A stretch of DNA of 32,000 bases from contig NC_003551.1 of the NCBI RefSeq assembly GCF_000007185.1, forward strand, positions 1-32,000, given 5' to 3'. The stretch is from Methanopyrus kandleri AV19. GTDB lineage: Archaea > JAADCQ01 > Methanopyri > Methanopyrales > Methanopyraceae. The notes under the pieces are model-generated. The model worked only from the letters and a program-made list of their open reading frames with translations, did no database searches and was not told the DNA's origin. Position 1 is the first letter of the stretch; every line of letters begins with the position of its first letter. This document shows positions 7,315-15,279 of the stretch, one piece after another. The translations under genes were made by a program, and so were the position numbers.

Positions 7315-8712
7315 TCAGCCGGTCAGGTACTTCATGACTGGCAGCTCCCTCCGCATGCGTTCCATGTACTCGACACTGTCCGAAACGTCGGTGAAAACCT
7401 CCTCAACACGCTCCACGTGCTTCTTCTCCACGACCTCGGACCCTTCCTTCTCCGCCACGATTCGAGCGGGCTCCAAGAGTCGCGTCGCGTACCGTATGGA
7501 CTTCTCCTCGCCGAGATCCGTCAGGTACTCATGAGCTTCGTCCGTCAGCTGGATATCTTGGACTCGGGCCCTGATTCCAATGATCTCGTGGATTTCGTGA
7601 CGCTCGAAGGGCCTGGTTCTCGCGATCAGCATGCGGTCCAGCAGATCGCCCGGAATCCCGTGAGGGGCCTCCTCATCCGTCCCGCGTACCTTCGCCATGG
7701 CCCTGTTAGTAGCCATCACGAGGATCGGGGCGATCTCCTCCTCCAGCGACCTGTTCAAGAACGCGAACGCCTCTATGTCCAGCATGTGCGCTTCGTCTAT
7801 GAACAGTACTCCCGGGACTAAACTGGCCTCACCTTCGTCGACCATCTTCTGGACCCGCTCGTCCACCTTCTGACGGATCTCGTCGGTAATCTCCTCCTCA
7901 CGGAAGCCCAGGAGTCGACCGGCCCGCACGTTGGCCATGTCGAGGTCGTGCAGGGTTACCACGCGCTTGATCTCCTTCTTCTTCTGCACCGGACCTTCCG
8001 GGAGCTCTACCGCGTGGACTCCTAGGAGCTCTTCCTCTTCCTCCTCGAGCGCGTCCTTCGCCCGTCCGAGCTTCGTCACGTGACCGCTTTCTACGTCGAT
8101 CTGGATGACATCACCCTCACGGACACCGGCCTGCACCAGCTGGATCGCTATCTCCTCCGGTACCTTGAACCTTCGGTGGTCATCCTGAGTCTTGAGCTCG
8201 ATGATGGCCCCGCTGGGCACCTCCATGTACGGGGAGAGCGGGTGCTTAGCACGCTCGATCTCGAGGCTTTCGACCTTCCCCTCGATCACCTCCCGCGTCT
8301 CCGTGAACTCGACACCAATAGCCCGCCGTATCGCCTGCTGTAAGAACTCCGTCTTGCTGAGGTTCGTGCCGTAGATCTCGGAACCGGAGATGGATACGAA
8401 CGGAACGTCTTCACCGAGTTCTCTGGCTATACCGTACGCGATCGCCGTCTTACCCGTGCCGGGCGGACCGACGAGAAGGAGACCGTGACCCGCACGCCGA
8501 CCCTGCTTGACCATCTCGACGACTATTCCGGCGGCTTCACGAGCCTCCTCCTGTCCCACCAAACCGTCTCCGACGGGCTTCGCCTTGAGGTTCTCATCGA
8601 GGCCGAGACCGGTGATGTGCGAGTGCGCTCCCGGTGATGTTTCCTCCGTGGAAACTTCGCCGATCTCCTTGATCTCCACCAACTTTCGGCACCCCCGCCG
8701 ATCAACATGCAC
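7315..8712 (-). CDS. TIP49/RuvB-like (Rvb1/2-type) AAA+ ATPase
   Basis: HSHITGLGLDENLKAKPVGDGLVGQEEAREAAGIVVEMVKQGRRAGHGLLLVGPPGTGKTAIAYGIA, an inserted OB-like domain II (EGKVESLEIERAKHP...VESGHVTKLGRA) and Walker B LFIDEAHML. The track start 8712 (GTG) abuts the AT-rich promoter box. TTG 8682 or GTG 8679 (VEIKEIGEV...) is a more plausible start. Confidence 0.88.
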   Translation of the reverse strand: MHVDRRGCRKLVEIKEIGEVSTEETSPGAHSHITGLGLDENLKAKPVGDGLVGQEEAREAAGIVVEMVKQGRRAGHGLLLVGPPGTGKTAIAYGIARELGEDVPFVSISGSEIYGTNLSKTEFLQQAIRRAIGVEFTETREVIEGKVESLEIERAKHPLSPYMEVPSGAIIELKTQDDHRRFKVPEEIAIQLVQAGVREGDVIQIDVESGHVTKLGRAKDALEEEEEELLGVHAVELPEGPVQKKKEIKRVVTLHDLDMANVRAGRLLGFREEEITDEIRQKVDERVQKMVDEGEASLVPGVLFIDEAHMLDIEAFAFLNRSLEEEIAPILVMATNRAMAKVRGTDEEAPHGIPGDLLDRMLIARTRPFERHEIHEIIGIRARVQDIQLTDEAHEYLTDLGEEKSIRYATRLLEPARIVAEKEGSEVVEKKHVERVEEVFTDVSDSVEYMERMRRELPVMKYLTG

Positions 8713-8729
8713 TTATATTTATTATTTTT
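8713..8729. promoter_or_regulatory. AT-rich TATA-like element in the divergent TIP49-like / DsrE-like intergenic region
   Basis: TTATATTTATTATTTTT is the only strongly AT-rich run in a ~60% GC context. It sits between two divergently oriented genes. Confidence 0.45.
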
Positions 8730-8755
8730 GGGTAGCTATTGAAGTTCGTAATCGT

Positions 8756-8765
8756 CATTCGAATG
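8756..8765. promoter_or_regulatory. Perfect 10-bp palindrome CATTCGAATG in the same intergenic region
   Basis: Read directly and self-complementary. It lies 31 nt upstream of the ATG at 8796. Candidate transcription-factor site. Confidence 0.25.
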
Positions 8766-8795
8766 GTTTCAAGCAACATTTATCCACGGGATCTC

Positions 8796-9161
8796 ATGGG
8801 GACACCCGAGGGGATAGACGTGATTACAGTGGTAATCTCCGAGGCTCCATACGGTCAAGAACGTGCATACACTGCGCTGAGATTCGCTCTCACTGCCCTT
8901 GTCGAGGGGGAAGAAGTCAAGATATTCCTAATCGAAGACGGGGTGTTCTTAGGGAAGAAAGGCCAAAATCCTGACGAGGTTCCCAACTACTTGGAGCTCC
9001 TGGAACAGTGCATCGAGCAGGGCGCTGAAGTGAAGGCCTGCGGACCCTGCTCCAAAGCCCGCGGGCTGAGCGAGGAAGACTTCATCGAGGGCGTCGAGCT
9101 GGCCACCATGCACGACTTGGTGAATTGGGTGAAGGAGTCCGATAACGTCATCTTCTTCTGA
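8796..9161 (+). CDS. DsrE/DsrF-like (sulfur-relay fold) family protein
   Basis: IDVITVVISEAPYGQERAYTALRFALTALVEGEEVKIFLIEDGVFL...GAEVKACGPCSKARGL is typical of the small DsrE-like family (~120 aa, Rossmann-like, conserved Cys). The ATG at 8796 is preferred over track start 8739 because the upstream residues fall in the promoter region. Confidence 0.65.
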   Translation: MGTPEGIDVITVVISEAPYGQERAYTALRFALTALVEGEEVKIFLIEDGVFLGKKGQNPDEVPNYLELLEQCIEQGAEVKACGPCSKARGLSEEDFIEGVELATMHDLVNWVKESDNVIFF

Positions 9162-9238
9162 CGGGACCACCTTTCGGACGTCAACGGTATGCGAAAAAGG
9201 GATATCAGCCCCTCGGACCGGTACGGGCAGGGATCCCC

Positions 9239-10450
9239 GTGTTACGGTGGTCGTCGGCCCTCACTCTCCTCGTCCTCGCGACGCCGGCCTCCGCGACGGT
9301 GTACGTGGCAACGTGGACGGGGCCCGGTCTGGACACCGACCCGAACCCGGAGACGAATTGCTGGACGACGAGCGTCTGGGACGTTAAGTGGTGGAACTCC
9401 CACCTCGACGAGGTGCCGGTCAAGGAGCAAATCGAACTCATACCCGTCAAGGACATCTCGAGGTGGCGTCGGATACTGTACACCGGTGTCGACCCGGTGA
9501 CGGGCCATAGAATCGACGTGGTCTACGTTCCGGGAGGGTGGAGGCCCGAGGAGCACTGGGGCAGTGATTGGGACGATCTCCTCAGGTGGGCCCAGTTGCA
9601 TCTCGGGATCGGGTACGTGGGAATCTGCGCCGGTGCGACGACGTTCATCAGGGCGTTCCCGTGCGTATGGAGCGTCGATGGACTGAAAGGGCACGCGCTC
9701 CCCGAGGTGTTGCTGCTACCTCACCCTGCGAACCCGCTGGTGCAGGAGGGCGAAAGTAGAGTCATCAGGATGTACTACGCCAACGGTCCCGGCATGGAGT
9801 GGAAGCGAGGCTGGTACACGATAAAGTACTACATCGACAAGAAGCTGCACAAGATTAAGGCGTACTGTGACGTTCAGGGCGTAATGAAGTACCTGGAACA
9901 CGTGAAAGGATGGGCCTACGTGGCCGGTCGGTGGATCGTAGACGGCGTCGAGAAAGGCCGGTTCGTTGTGATGAGCGTGCACCCCGAGATAATGGGCCGG
10001 AAGGACAAGGACCCCGACATGGTACAGACGTTCATCTACGCTATTCTCTGGGCGGCGAAGCGACTACCTTCGGGATGGAAGATACACTTGACTCTGGACA
10101 AGACACTGGTAGGTGTAGGCGAAGCCGTCAAGGTCGTCCTAAGGCTGGTGAACTCCGTAGGAGCTCCGATAGCGGACTTCTCCCCGATCTGGGTAAAGGT
10201 GGTCGGACCAGAAGGCGAGGAAGAACACGTACTTAAGACCAACGAGGAGGGCAAGGCGACACTGACGGTCGTACCCGAATCGGAGGGGCTGTATCGCATC
10301 GAGGCTTCAGCCGTGGACGTTCAAGCCACGGGATCCTTCTCGGTGGGCATACCACCGGTGCCTTTCCCGGTGGTCACGGGAGTTTTGATCGCAGCGATAT
10401 TAGGAATCGTCGTCACCCCGAGACGGGTTCGACAGAGCTCTCAAGGCTAG
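9239..10450 (+). CDS. Surface-anchored protein: signal peptide, GATase-1-like Cys/His domain, Ig/CARDB-like domain, C-terminal TM anchor
   Basis: GTG start. Signal-like N-terminus MLRWSSALTLLVLATPASA|TVYV. VVYVPGG...YVGICAGATTF (GxCxG nucleophile elbow) and VVMSVHPE (HPE) resemble the class I glutamine amidotransferase / peptidase C26 triad. LTLDKTLVGVGEAVKVVLRLVNSVG...EGKATLTVVPESEGLYRIEA looks like a beta-sandwich. The C-terminus PPVPFPVVTGVLIAAILGIVVTPRRVR is a Pro motif, a TM helix and a basic tail. Confidence 0.6.
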   Translation: MLRWSSALTLLVLATPASATVYVATWTGPGLDTDPNPETNCWTTSVWDVKWWNSHLDEVPVKEQIELIPVKDISRWRRILYTGVDPVTGHRIDVVYVPGGWRPEEHWGSDWDDLLRWAQLHLGIGYVGICAGATTFIRAFPCVWSVDGLKGHALPEVLLLPHPANPLVQEGESRVIRMYYANGPGMEWKRGWYTIKYYIDKKLHKIKAYCDVQGVMKYLEHVKGWAYVAGRWIVDGVEKGRFVVMSVHPEIMGRKDKDPDMVQTFIYAILWAAKRLPSGWKIHLTLDKTLVGVGEAVKVVLRLVNSVGAPIADFSPIWVKVVGPEGEEEHVLKTNEEGKATLTVVPESEGLYRIEASAVDVQATGSFSVGIPPVPFPVVTGVLIAAILGIVVTPRRVRQSSQG

Positions 10451-11074
10451 CTCGGTCAGCTCATCCGCAACGCGTTCTAGCACCATCGGTGGGATAGGGT
10501 CCGGATCCCGGATGTACCGCCCGGTCGTAACCAACACGTGATCGGATGGTGCCCCGTACTCCCTGAGCTCCCTCGCCACGGGCCCTTCGGCCTCCTCGAG
10601 CTGTACGACTCGCACCTCCTCACTGCCGTATCCGAACACCCCTCCGGTGCTCACGGTAACTGCTCCGAACCGCCGTGCTTCTCGAGCCAGGGCGGCGGTA
10701 ACCGGGGTCGTACGACCTCCAGCGATAGTAATCACGACTACGTCCGGTTCCCACGTGTCGACTAGTTCGGAGGCGTTTTCTTCAGTCACGAACTCGGGCT
10801 CCGCATGGACCTCCCTGAGGGGATGAACACGCCCCAGTCGCGCGGCGAACTCCGCCTTGTTCTCCCCAATTCTAGCTCCATGTCTTAGGTGTATGATATC
10901 ATCCGGCTCGACCCTCTGGCCGTCGACGCATACGATCCTCTTGGGACCTCCTCGATGAGTTTCGAGCAATCTCAAGAATACGCGGAAACCGAGCCTGCCT
11001 ATGCCGCACAAAAGAACGGTGCCGCGGGGACGCTTGCGGAGCTCGAGCTCCTCGATGAGTTCGTCCGGTTCCAC
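10400..11074 (-). CDS. hcgE: HcgE, E1/ThiF-like adenylyltransferase of FeGP cofactor biosynthesis
   Basis: Rossmann GxGxxG at VLLCGIGRLGFRVFLRL. Size of ~224 aa from GTG 11074, and location inside the hmd/hcg island. The track ORF extends to GTG 11164, but that would run through the AT-rich promoter boxes. There is no in-frame ATG in the N-terminal region. Confidence 0.7.
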   Translation of the reverse strand: MEPDELIEELELRKRPRGTVLLCGIGRLGFRVFLRLLETHRGGPKRIVCVDGQRVEPDDIIHLRHGARIGENKAEFAARLGRVHPLREVHAEPEFVTEENASELVDTWEPDVVVITIAGGRTTPVTAALAREARRFGAVTVSTGGVFGYGSEEVRVVQLEEAEGPVARELREYGAPSDHVLVTTGRYIRDPDPIPPMVLERVADELTELALRALSNPSRGDDDS

Positions 11075-11088
11075 GCGTCTGATCCCCC

Positions 11089-11134
11089 ATAATAATCGTT
11101 TTGGTATGCAATCGAGACGTCTTAGTAATAAGAT
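11089..11134. promoter_or_regulatory. Divergent hcgE / mtd promoter region with two AT-rich boxes
   Basis: ATAATAAT (11089-11096) and TTAGTAATAAGAT (11122-11134). The second is centred ~39 nt upstream of the mtd ATG, with GGGGGAG (11154-11160) as an SD-like motif 6 nt before the ATG. Confidence 0.4.
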
Positions 11135-11166
11135 CGTGAGGGAACCGACGGATGGGGGAGACACCG

Positions 11167-12018
11167 ATGACCGTAGCTAAAGCGATCTTCATCAAGTGCG
11201 GGAACTTAGGCACCTCCATGATGATGGACATGTTGTTAGACGAGCGCGCCGACCGCGAGGACGTGGAGTTCCGGGTGGTCGGCACGTCCGTCAAGATGGA
11301 TCCGGAGTGCGTGGAAGCGGCCGTCGAGATGGCGCTCGACATAGCCGAGGACTTCGAGCCGGACTTCATAGTGTACGGAGGTCCGAACCCTGCCGCTCCG
11401 GGCCCCTCCAAGGCCAGGGAAATGCTGGCGGACTCCGAGTACCCCGCTGTCATCATCGGCGACGCTCCGGGCCTTAAGGTGAAGGACGAGATGGAAGAGC
11501 AAGGACTCGGGTACATCCTCGTTAAGCCCGACGCGATGCTCGGAGCTAGGCGGGAGTTTCTAGATCCCGTCGAAATGGCGATTTATAACGCCGATCTGAT
11601 GAAGGTACTCGCGGCGACCGGCGTGTTCAGAGTAGTCCAGGAGGCGTTCGACGAGCTGATCGAGAAGGCCAAGGAGGACGAAATCTCCGAGAACGATTTG
11701 CCCAAGTTGGTTATCGATAGGAACACCCTGCTGGAACGCGAGGAGTTCGAGAACCCGTACGCCATGGTCAAGGCCATGGCGGCCCTGGAGATCGCCGAGA
11801 ACGTCGCCGACGTCTCCGTCGAAGGATGCTTCGTAGAGCAGGATAAGGAGCGCTACGTACCGATCGTGGCGTCCGCTCATGAGATGATGAGGAAGGCGGC
11901 GGAGCTCGCCGATGAGGCGCGCGAACTCGAGAAGTCGAACGATGCCGTCCTCCGGACACCGCACGCGCCTGACGGGAAGGTCCTGAGCAAGCGAAAGTTC
12001 ATGGAAGATCCCGAGTAA
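11167..12018 (+). CDS. mtd: F420-dependent methylenetetrahydromethanopterin dehydrogenase
   Basis: MTVAKAIFIKCGNLGTSMMMDMLLDERADREDVEFRVVGTSVKMDPE matches my memory of the Mtd N-terminus, and the ~283 aa length fits. The ATG at 11167 is preferred over track start 11152. Confidence 0.93.
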   Translation: MTVAKAIFIKCGNLGTSMMMDMLLDERADREDVEFRVVGTSVKMDPECVEAAVEMALDIAEDFEPDFIVYGGPNPAAPGPSKAREMLADSEYPAVIIGDAPGLKVKDEMEEQGLGYILVKPDAMLGARREFLDPVEMAIYNADLMKVLAATGVFRVVQEAFDELIEKAKEDEISENDLPKLVIDRNTLLEREEFENPYAMVKAMAALEIAENVADVSVEGCFVEQDKERYVPIVASAHEMMRKAAELADEARELEKSNDAVLRTPHAPDGKVLSKRKFMEDPE

Positions 12019-12547
12019 CTTCTTCCACCCACTCTTCCTCCAACAGCTCGTCCAGCTCGCACCGGAAGTACGCCCGGAACATCACCAGGGAGCGTTTTAT
12101 TCCTTGCAGTTGTCGTTTCCTAATTCTCTCATCCGGTTTCAGCAAATTAGCGTGCACGTCCGTCCTGCCCAGGAGCGTGATCTCGCCGTCGTCGAGGCAG
12201 ATCGCACCCCTGCCGATACCCGCCGTGGTGCCGATCCCGACGTCCGCTCCGGTACGCTCACGGACGGCCCTGGCCATCATGACCGCTACCTTCCGGTCGG
12301 TCTCCTCCCGGTAAGCTTTGGCACCCGACTTCGACACCTCATCGGGTTCCGGCGGGTCTATGCCCAGAAGGGATCTCAGTCCGGACACAGTCGGGATGAA
12401 ACACGCCGCCACCACGGAGACCTTTCCTTCGAGCTCCGTGCCCAGTATCTCGGATCCTAACTCGCCTGTATACCCGCTCGCGGAAGCATGAATCTCACGA
12501 CCGACGAAACCGTGGGTGAAACACTCCGCGGTTGCGACCCTGAGCAC
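11999..12547 (-). CDS. hcgF: HcgF (UPF0254 family), pyridinol-thioester forming maturase
   Basis: MLRVATAECFTHGFVGREIHASASGY... with Cys at position 9, the thioester-forming Cys position reported for HcgF (from memory). 182 aa. GTG start preceded by GAGGGGGA. Sits divergent to hmd. Confidence 0.82.
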   Translation of the reverse strand: MLRVATAECFTHGFVGREIHASASGYTGELGSEILGTELEGKVSVVAACFIPTVSGLRSLLGIDPPEPDEVSKSGAKAYREETDRKVAVMMARAVRERTGADVGIGTTAGIGRGAICLDDGEITLLGRTDVHANLLKPDERIRKRQLQGIKRSLVMFRAYFRCELDELLEEEWVEEVTRDLP

Positions 12548-12569
12548 CCAAGGTCCCCCTCATGACGTG

Positions 12570-12649
12570 TATTTAACCGTTATCCCGTTGGAGCAGTCGG
12601 TGCGCTAATTAATCTCACCACCCGGAGGGATGACGCATTGGTAAAGATA
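12570..12649. promoter_or_regulatory. Divergent hcgF / hmd promoter region with three AT-rich boxes
   Basis: TATTTAA (12570-12576) is centred 26 nt from the hcgF GTG. The palindrome TAATTAAT is at 12606-12613. TAAAGATA (12642-12649) is centred ~26 nt from the hmd ATG. A GGGGTG SD-like motif lies at 12659-12664. Confidence 0.45.
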
Positions 12650-12671
12650 CCCTAACACGGGGTGCCCACGC

Positions 12672-13748
12672 ATGGTCGAGATCAACAAAGTCGCGATTTT
12701 AGGCGCCGGATGTTGGAGAACCCACGCCGCGACGGGCATCACGACGTTCAAGCGTGCGTGTGAGGTGGCCGATGAGACCGGCATCAAAGAGGCCGCTCTC
12801 ACGCACTCCAGCGTGACGTACGCCGTCGAGCTGAAGCACCTGGCGGGCGTCGACGAGGTCGTCCTCTCCGACCCCGTGTTCGATGCCGATGGCTTCACGG
12901 TCGTGGACATCGAAGAGGACTGCGACGTGGATCTGGACGAGTTCATCAAGGCGCACCTCGAGGGTAACCCCGAGGACGTGATGCCGAAGCTACGGGACTA
13001 CGTGAACGACATCGCCGATGACGTCCCGAAGCCGCCCAAGGGAGCCATCCACTTCCTGAGCCCCGAGGAGATGGAGGACAAGCTCGACATCGTCGTGACC
13101 ACAGACGACGCGGAGGCCGTCGAGGACGCGGACATGATCATCTCCTGGTTGCCGAAAGGCGGAGTTCAGCCTGATATTTTCAAGAAGATCATCGACGACA
13201 TCCCGGAAGGCTGCATCGTAGCCAACACCTGTACGATCCCGACGCGACAGTTCAAGGAGATGTTCGAAGACATGGGCCGCGATGATCTGCAGGTAACCTC
13301 CTACCACCCGGCGACCGTGCCGGAGCACAAGGGTCAGGTGTTCGTGGCAGAAGGTTACGCGGACGAGGAAGTTGTCGAGGCCGTCTACGAGCTGGGTGAG
13401 AAGGCCCGCGGACTGGCGTTCAAGGTCCCGGGCTACCTGCTGGGCCCGGTGTGCGACATGGCCAGCGCCGTCACGGCGATCGTGTACGCCGGCCTGCTGA
13501 CGTTCCGAGATGCGTGTACCGACATCCTAGGAGCTCCCGTGGACTTCACCCAGAACATGGCCGTAGAAGCACTGCAGATGATGGCGAAGTTCATGGAGGA
13601 AGAGGGTCTAGACAAGCTAGAGGAGGCCCTGGACCCGGCGGCGCTCACGAACACGGCCGACTCGATGAACTTCGGCCCGCTGGCGGACACGGAGATCCTG
13701 CCGAAGGCCCTAGAGGTCCTGGAGAAGTACTCGAAGAAGGCGGAGTAA
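12672..13748 (+). CDS. hmd: H2-forming methylenetetrahydromethanopterin dehydrogenase ([Fe]-hydrogenase)
   Basis: MVEINKVAILGAGCWRTHAATGITTFKRACEVA...ISWLPKGGVQPDIFKKII...CIVANTCTIPTRQF (Fe-ligating Cys region)...SYHPATVPEHKGQVF. 358 aa, ATG start. Confidence 0.96.
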   Translation: MVEINKVAILGAGCWRTHAATGITTFKRACEVADETGIKEAALTHSSVTYAVELKHLAGVDEVVLSDPVFDADGFTVVDIEEDCDVDLDEFIKAHLEGNPEDVMPKLRDYVNDIADDVPKPPKGAIHFLSPEEMEDKLDIVVTTDDAEAVEDADMIISWLPKGGVQPDIFKKIIDDIPEGCIVANTCTIPTRQFKEMFEDMGRDDLQVTSYHPATVPEHKGQVFVAEGYADEEVVEAVYELGEKARGLAFKVPGYLLGPVCDMASAVTAIVYAGLLTFRDACTDILGAPVDFTQNMAVEALQMMAKFMEEEGLDKLEEALDPAALTNTADSMNFGPLADTEILPKALEVLEKYSKKAE

Positions 13749-13790
13749 GCCCCTTTACTTTCCCCCACAGTCTCTTTCCAGGGGAGCTCG

Positions 13791-14549
13791 TTGAAGGAAC
13801 CGGAACCGGGAATAACCGATCTCACGGAGACCGTCCGGTCACGTCCGTTCTGGGACGTCGTCAAGGAGATCGGGTTAGCTAAAGCCGAGGAAATCGCTGA
13901 AGTTGTTCCGGAAGGTTCCCGGATCCTCGTGTTGGGAGCATATCTGACAGGAATCTTCGTGGCGGAGCTCCTCTCGGAGGAGCACGAAATCACCGTCCTA
14001 GATCCCGAACCCGCGCTTCGGAAGATCCTACCCCCGGGTGTGAGGTTCAGGGCCAGTCGAGTACCTCCTCCCGGCCGCTACGATGTCGTGATAGACCTAA
14101 CGGGATTAGGCGGAACGAACCCCCGGGTGCTACGTAGGCTGAATCCCGAGGTACTCGTGGTAGAAAATCCCGCCGGGAACATGAACGACCCTCGAATCGA
14201 GGAGTACAACGACACCGAAGAGCGTCTGGAGGCCGGGGAAGAATCCTACGAGCTCCGGCTGTTCGACGCCCCGTTCGAGGCCAAGACTTCCGGCACGTTC
14301 ACGCTCTCCGTGAGGACCGTACGTGAGGCTGCGAACAGGCTGGAGCGCCATTACGGTGTCCTTTACGCCGTCCCGGGTGTTGTTAACCTCGAACGATGGA
14401 CCTTCAGACTGAGGAGACCCGAAGAGGGGGTCGAGCGAGCTCGGGAGAAACCGGCGGTGACGGTATCGCAGCTCACCGGTTCCTCGGACCCGGACGAGGT
14501 CATCGGGGAAGTCCTTGATGAGATCCTCTTCGAAATCCGTGAGCGTTGA
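13791..14549 (+). CDS. hcgC: HcgC, SAM-dependent pyridinol methyltransferase (Rossmann-like)
   Basis: Position directly after hmd, ~250 aa, Rossmann-like RILVLGAYLTGIFVAELL...ITVLDPEP...DVVIDLTGLGG. TTG start with GGGGAG 6 nt upstream. There is no Met in the first ~130 residues, so a non-ATG start is required. Confidence 0.7.
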   Translation: MKEPEPGITDLTETVRSRPFWDVVKEIGLAKAEEIAEVVPEGSRILVLGAYLTGIFVAELLSEEHEITVLDPEPALRKILPPGVRFRASRVPPPGRYDVVIDLTGLGGTNPRVLRRLNPEVLVVENPAGNMNDPRIEEYNDTEERLEAGEESYELRLFDAPFEAKTSGTFTLSVRTVREAANRLERHYGVLYAVPGVVNLERWTFRLRRPEEGVERAREKPAVTVSQLTGSSDPDEVIGEVLDEILFEIRER

Positions 14550-15279
14550 AGGCGTTCTGGAAGTTCTCGAGGGACTGGCACCGTTCGATCTAGCCGTCGA
14601 GGGAGACGAGGTGGGTCTCGTCGCGGGGGATCCCTCCGACTCTGTAGACCGTGTAGTGGTATGCTTAGACCTCACACCTCAGCTCGTCCGTCGGCTGTCC
14701 CCCGAAACACTCGTGATATCCCATCATCCCGTCCCCGGACCTCTGCTCGAACGCGTACGATCCCCCGTGATCGTGTTCCATTCGAACTGGGACGCAGCTC
14801 GAGCCGCGGAGGCCCTAGCCGAGTGGTTAGGGCTCGAAGATGTCCGTAAGCCGGATCCGCTAGCCGCCGAAGGCAGGTTCGACGGCACGCTCGAGGATCT
14901 GTTGTCGAGAGTGGAGGACGCTCTCAACCCTCCGGAAATACGAGTAGTCGCCACTAAAAACCGCATACATCGCGTGATCGTGGTCTCCGGGTTCGGACTA
15001 TCCACGGACCGTTTCGTTCGTCTCGCGGCGAAGGAGGGCGCTGACGCGGTCGTTTCCGGTGATCTAACCCACCGAACGGCCGTCGTCGCCCGTGTGCTCG
15101 GTGTGACCTGTGTGGACGCCACTCATGCACGTACCGAGCTGCCCGGGTTGAAGGAGCTCGCAGAGGAACTCTCGAAACGCTTGCGGGTGCGGGTAGAGCT
15201 GAGGTCGCCCGAGCATCCGGTGGGGGATCATTATCGTGCGTTTCAAAGACGCGCTGCGCGAAGTCAGGACGGATCGTAA
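14518..15279 (+). CDS. hcgD: HcgD, NIF3-family protein (iron-handling maturase)
   Basis: NIF3 hallmarks: VEGVLEVLEGLAPFDLAVEGDEVGLVAGDP, VISHHPV, FHSNWD, GDLTHRTAV, and ATHARTE near the C-terminus. Start is ATG 14518 or GTG 14539. The latter overlaps the hcgC stop as GTGAGCGTTGA. Confidence 0.82.
   Translation: MRSSSKSVSVEGVLEVLEGLAPFDLAVEGDEVGLVAGDPSDSVDRVVVCLDLTPQLVRRLSPETLVISHHPVPGPLLERVRSPVIVFHSNWDAARAAEALAEWLGLEDVRKPDPLAAEGRFDGTLEDLLSRVEDALNPPEIRVVATKNRIHRVIVVSGFGLSTDRFVRLAAKEGADAVVSGDLTHRTAVVARVLGVTCVDATHARTELPGLKELAEELSKRLRVRVELRSPEHPVGDHYRAFQRRAARSQDGS

Noticed and set aside
7183-7821. 212-aa plus-strand ORF
   Set aside because: It lies antisense to the TIP49-like gene and the rfcS start region. 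No motifs, and an R/L/H-rich composition.
10899-11516. 205-aa minus-strand ORF
   Set aside because: It lies antisense to mtd and crosses the divergent promoter. Its Ser-rich sequence has no family resemblance.
13433-13993. 186-aa minus-strand ORF
   Set aside because: It lies antisense to the hmd 3' end and the hcgC 5' end. Ser/Ala/Arg-rich. Both sense genes are strongly supported.
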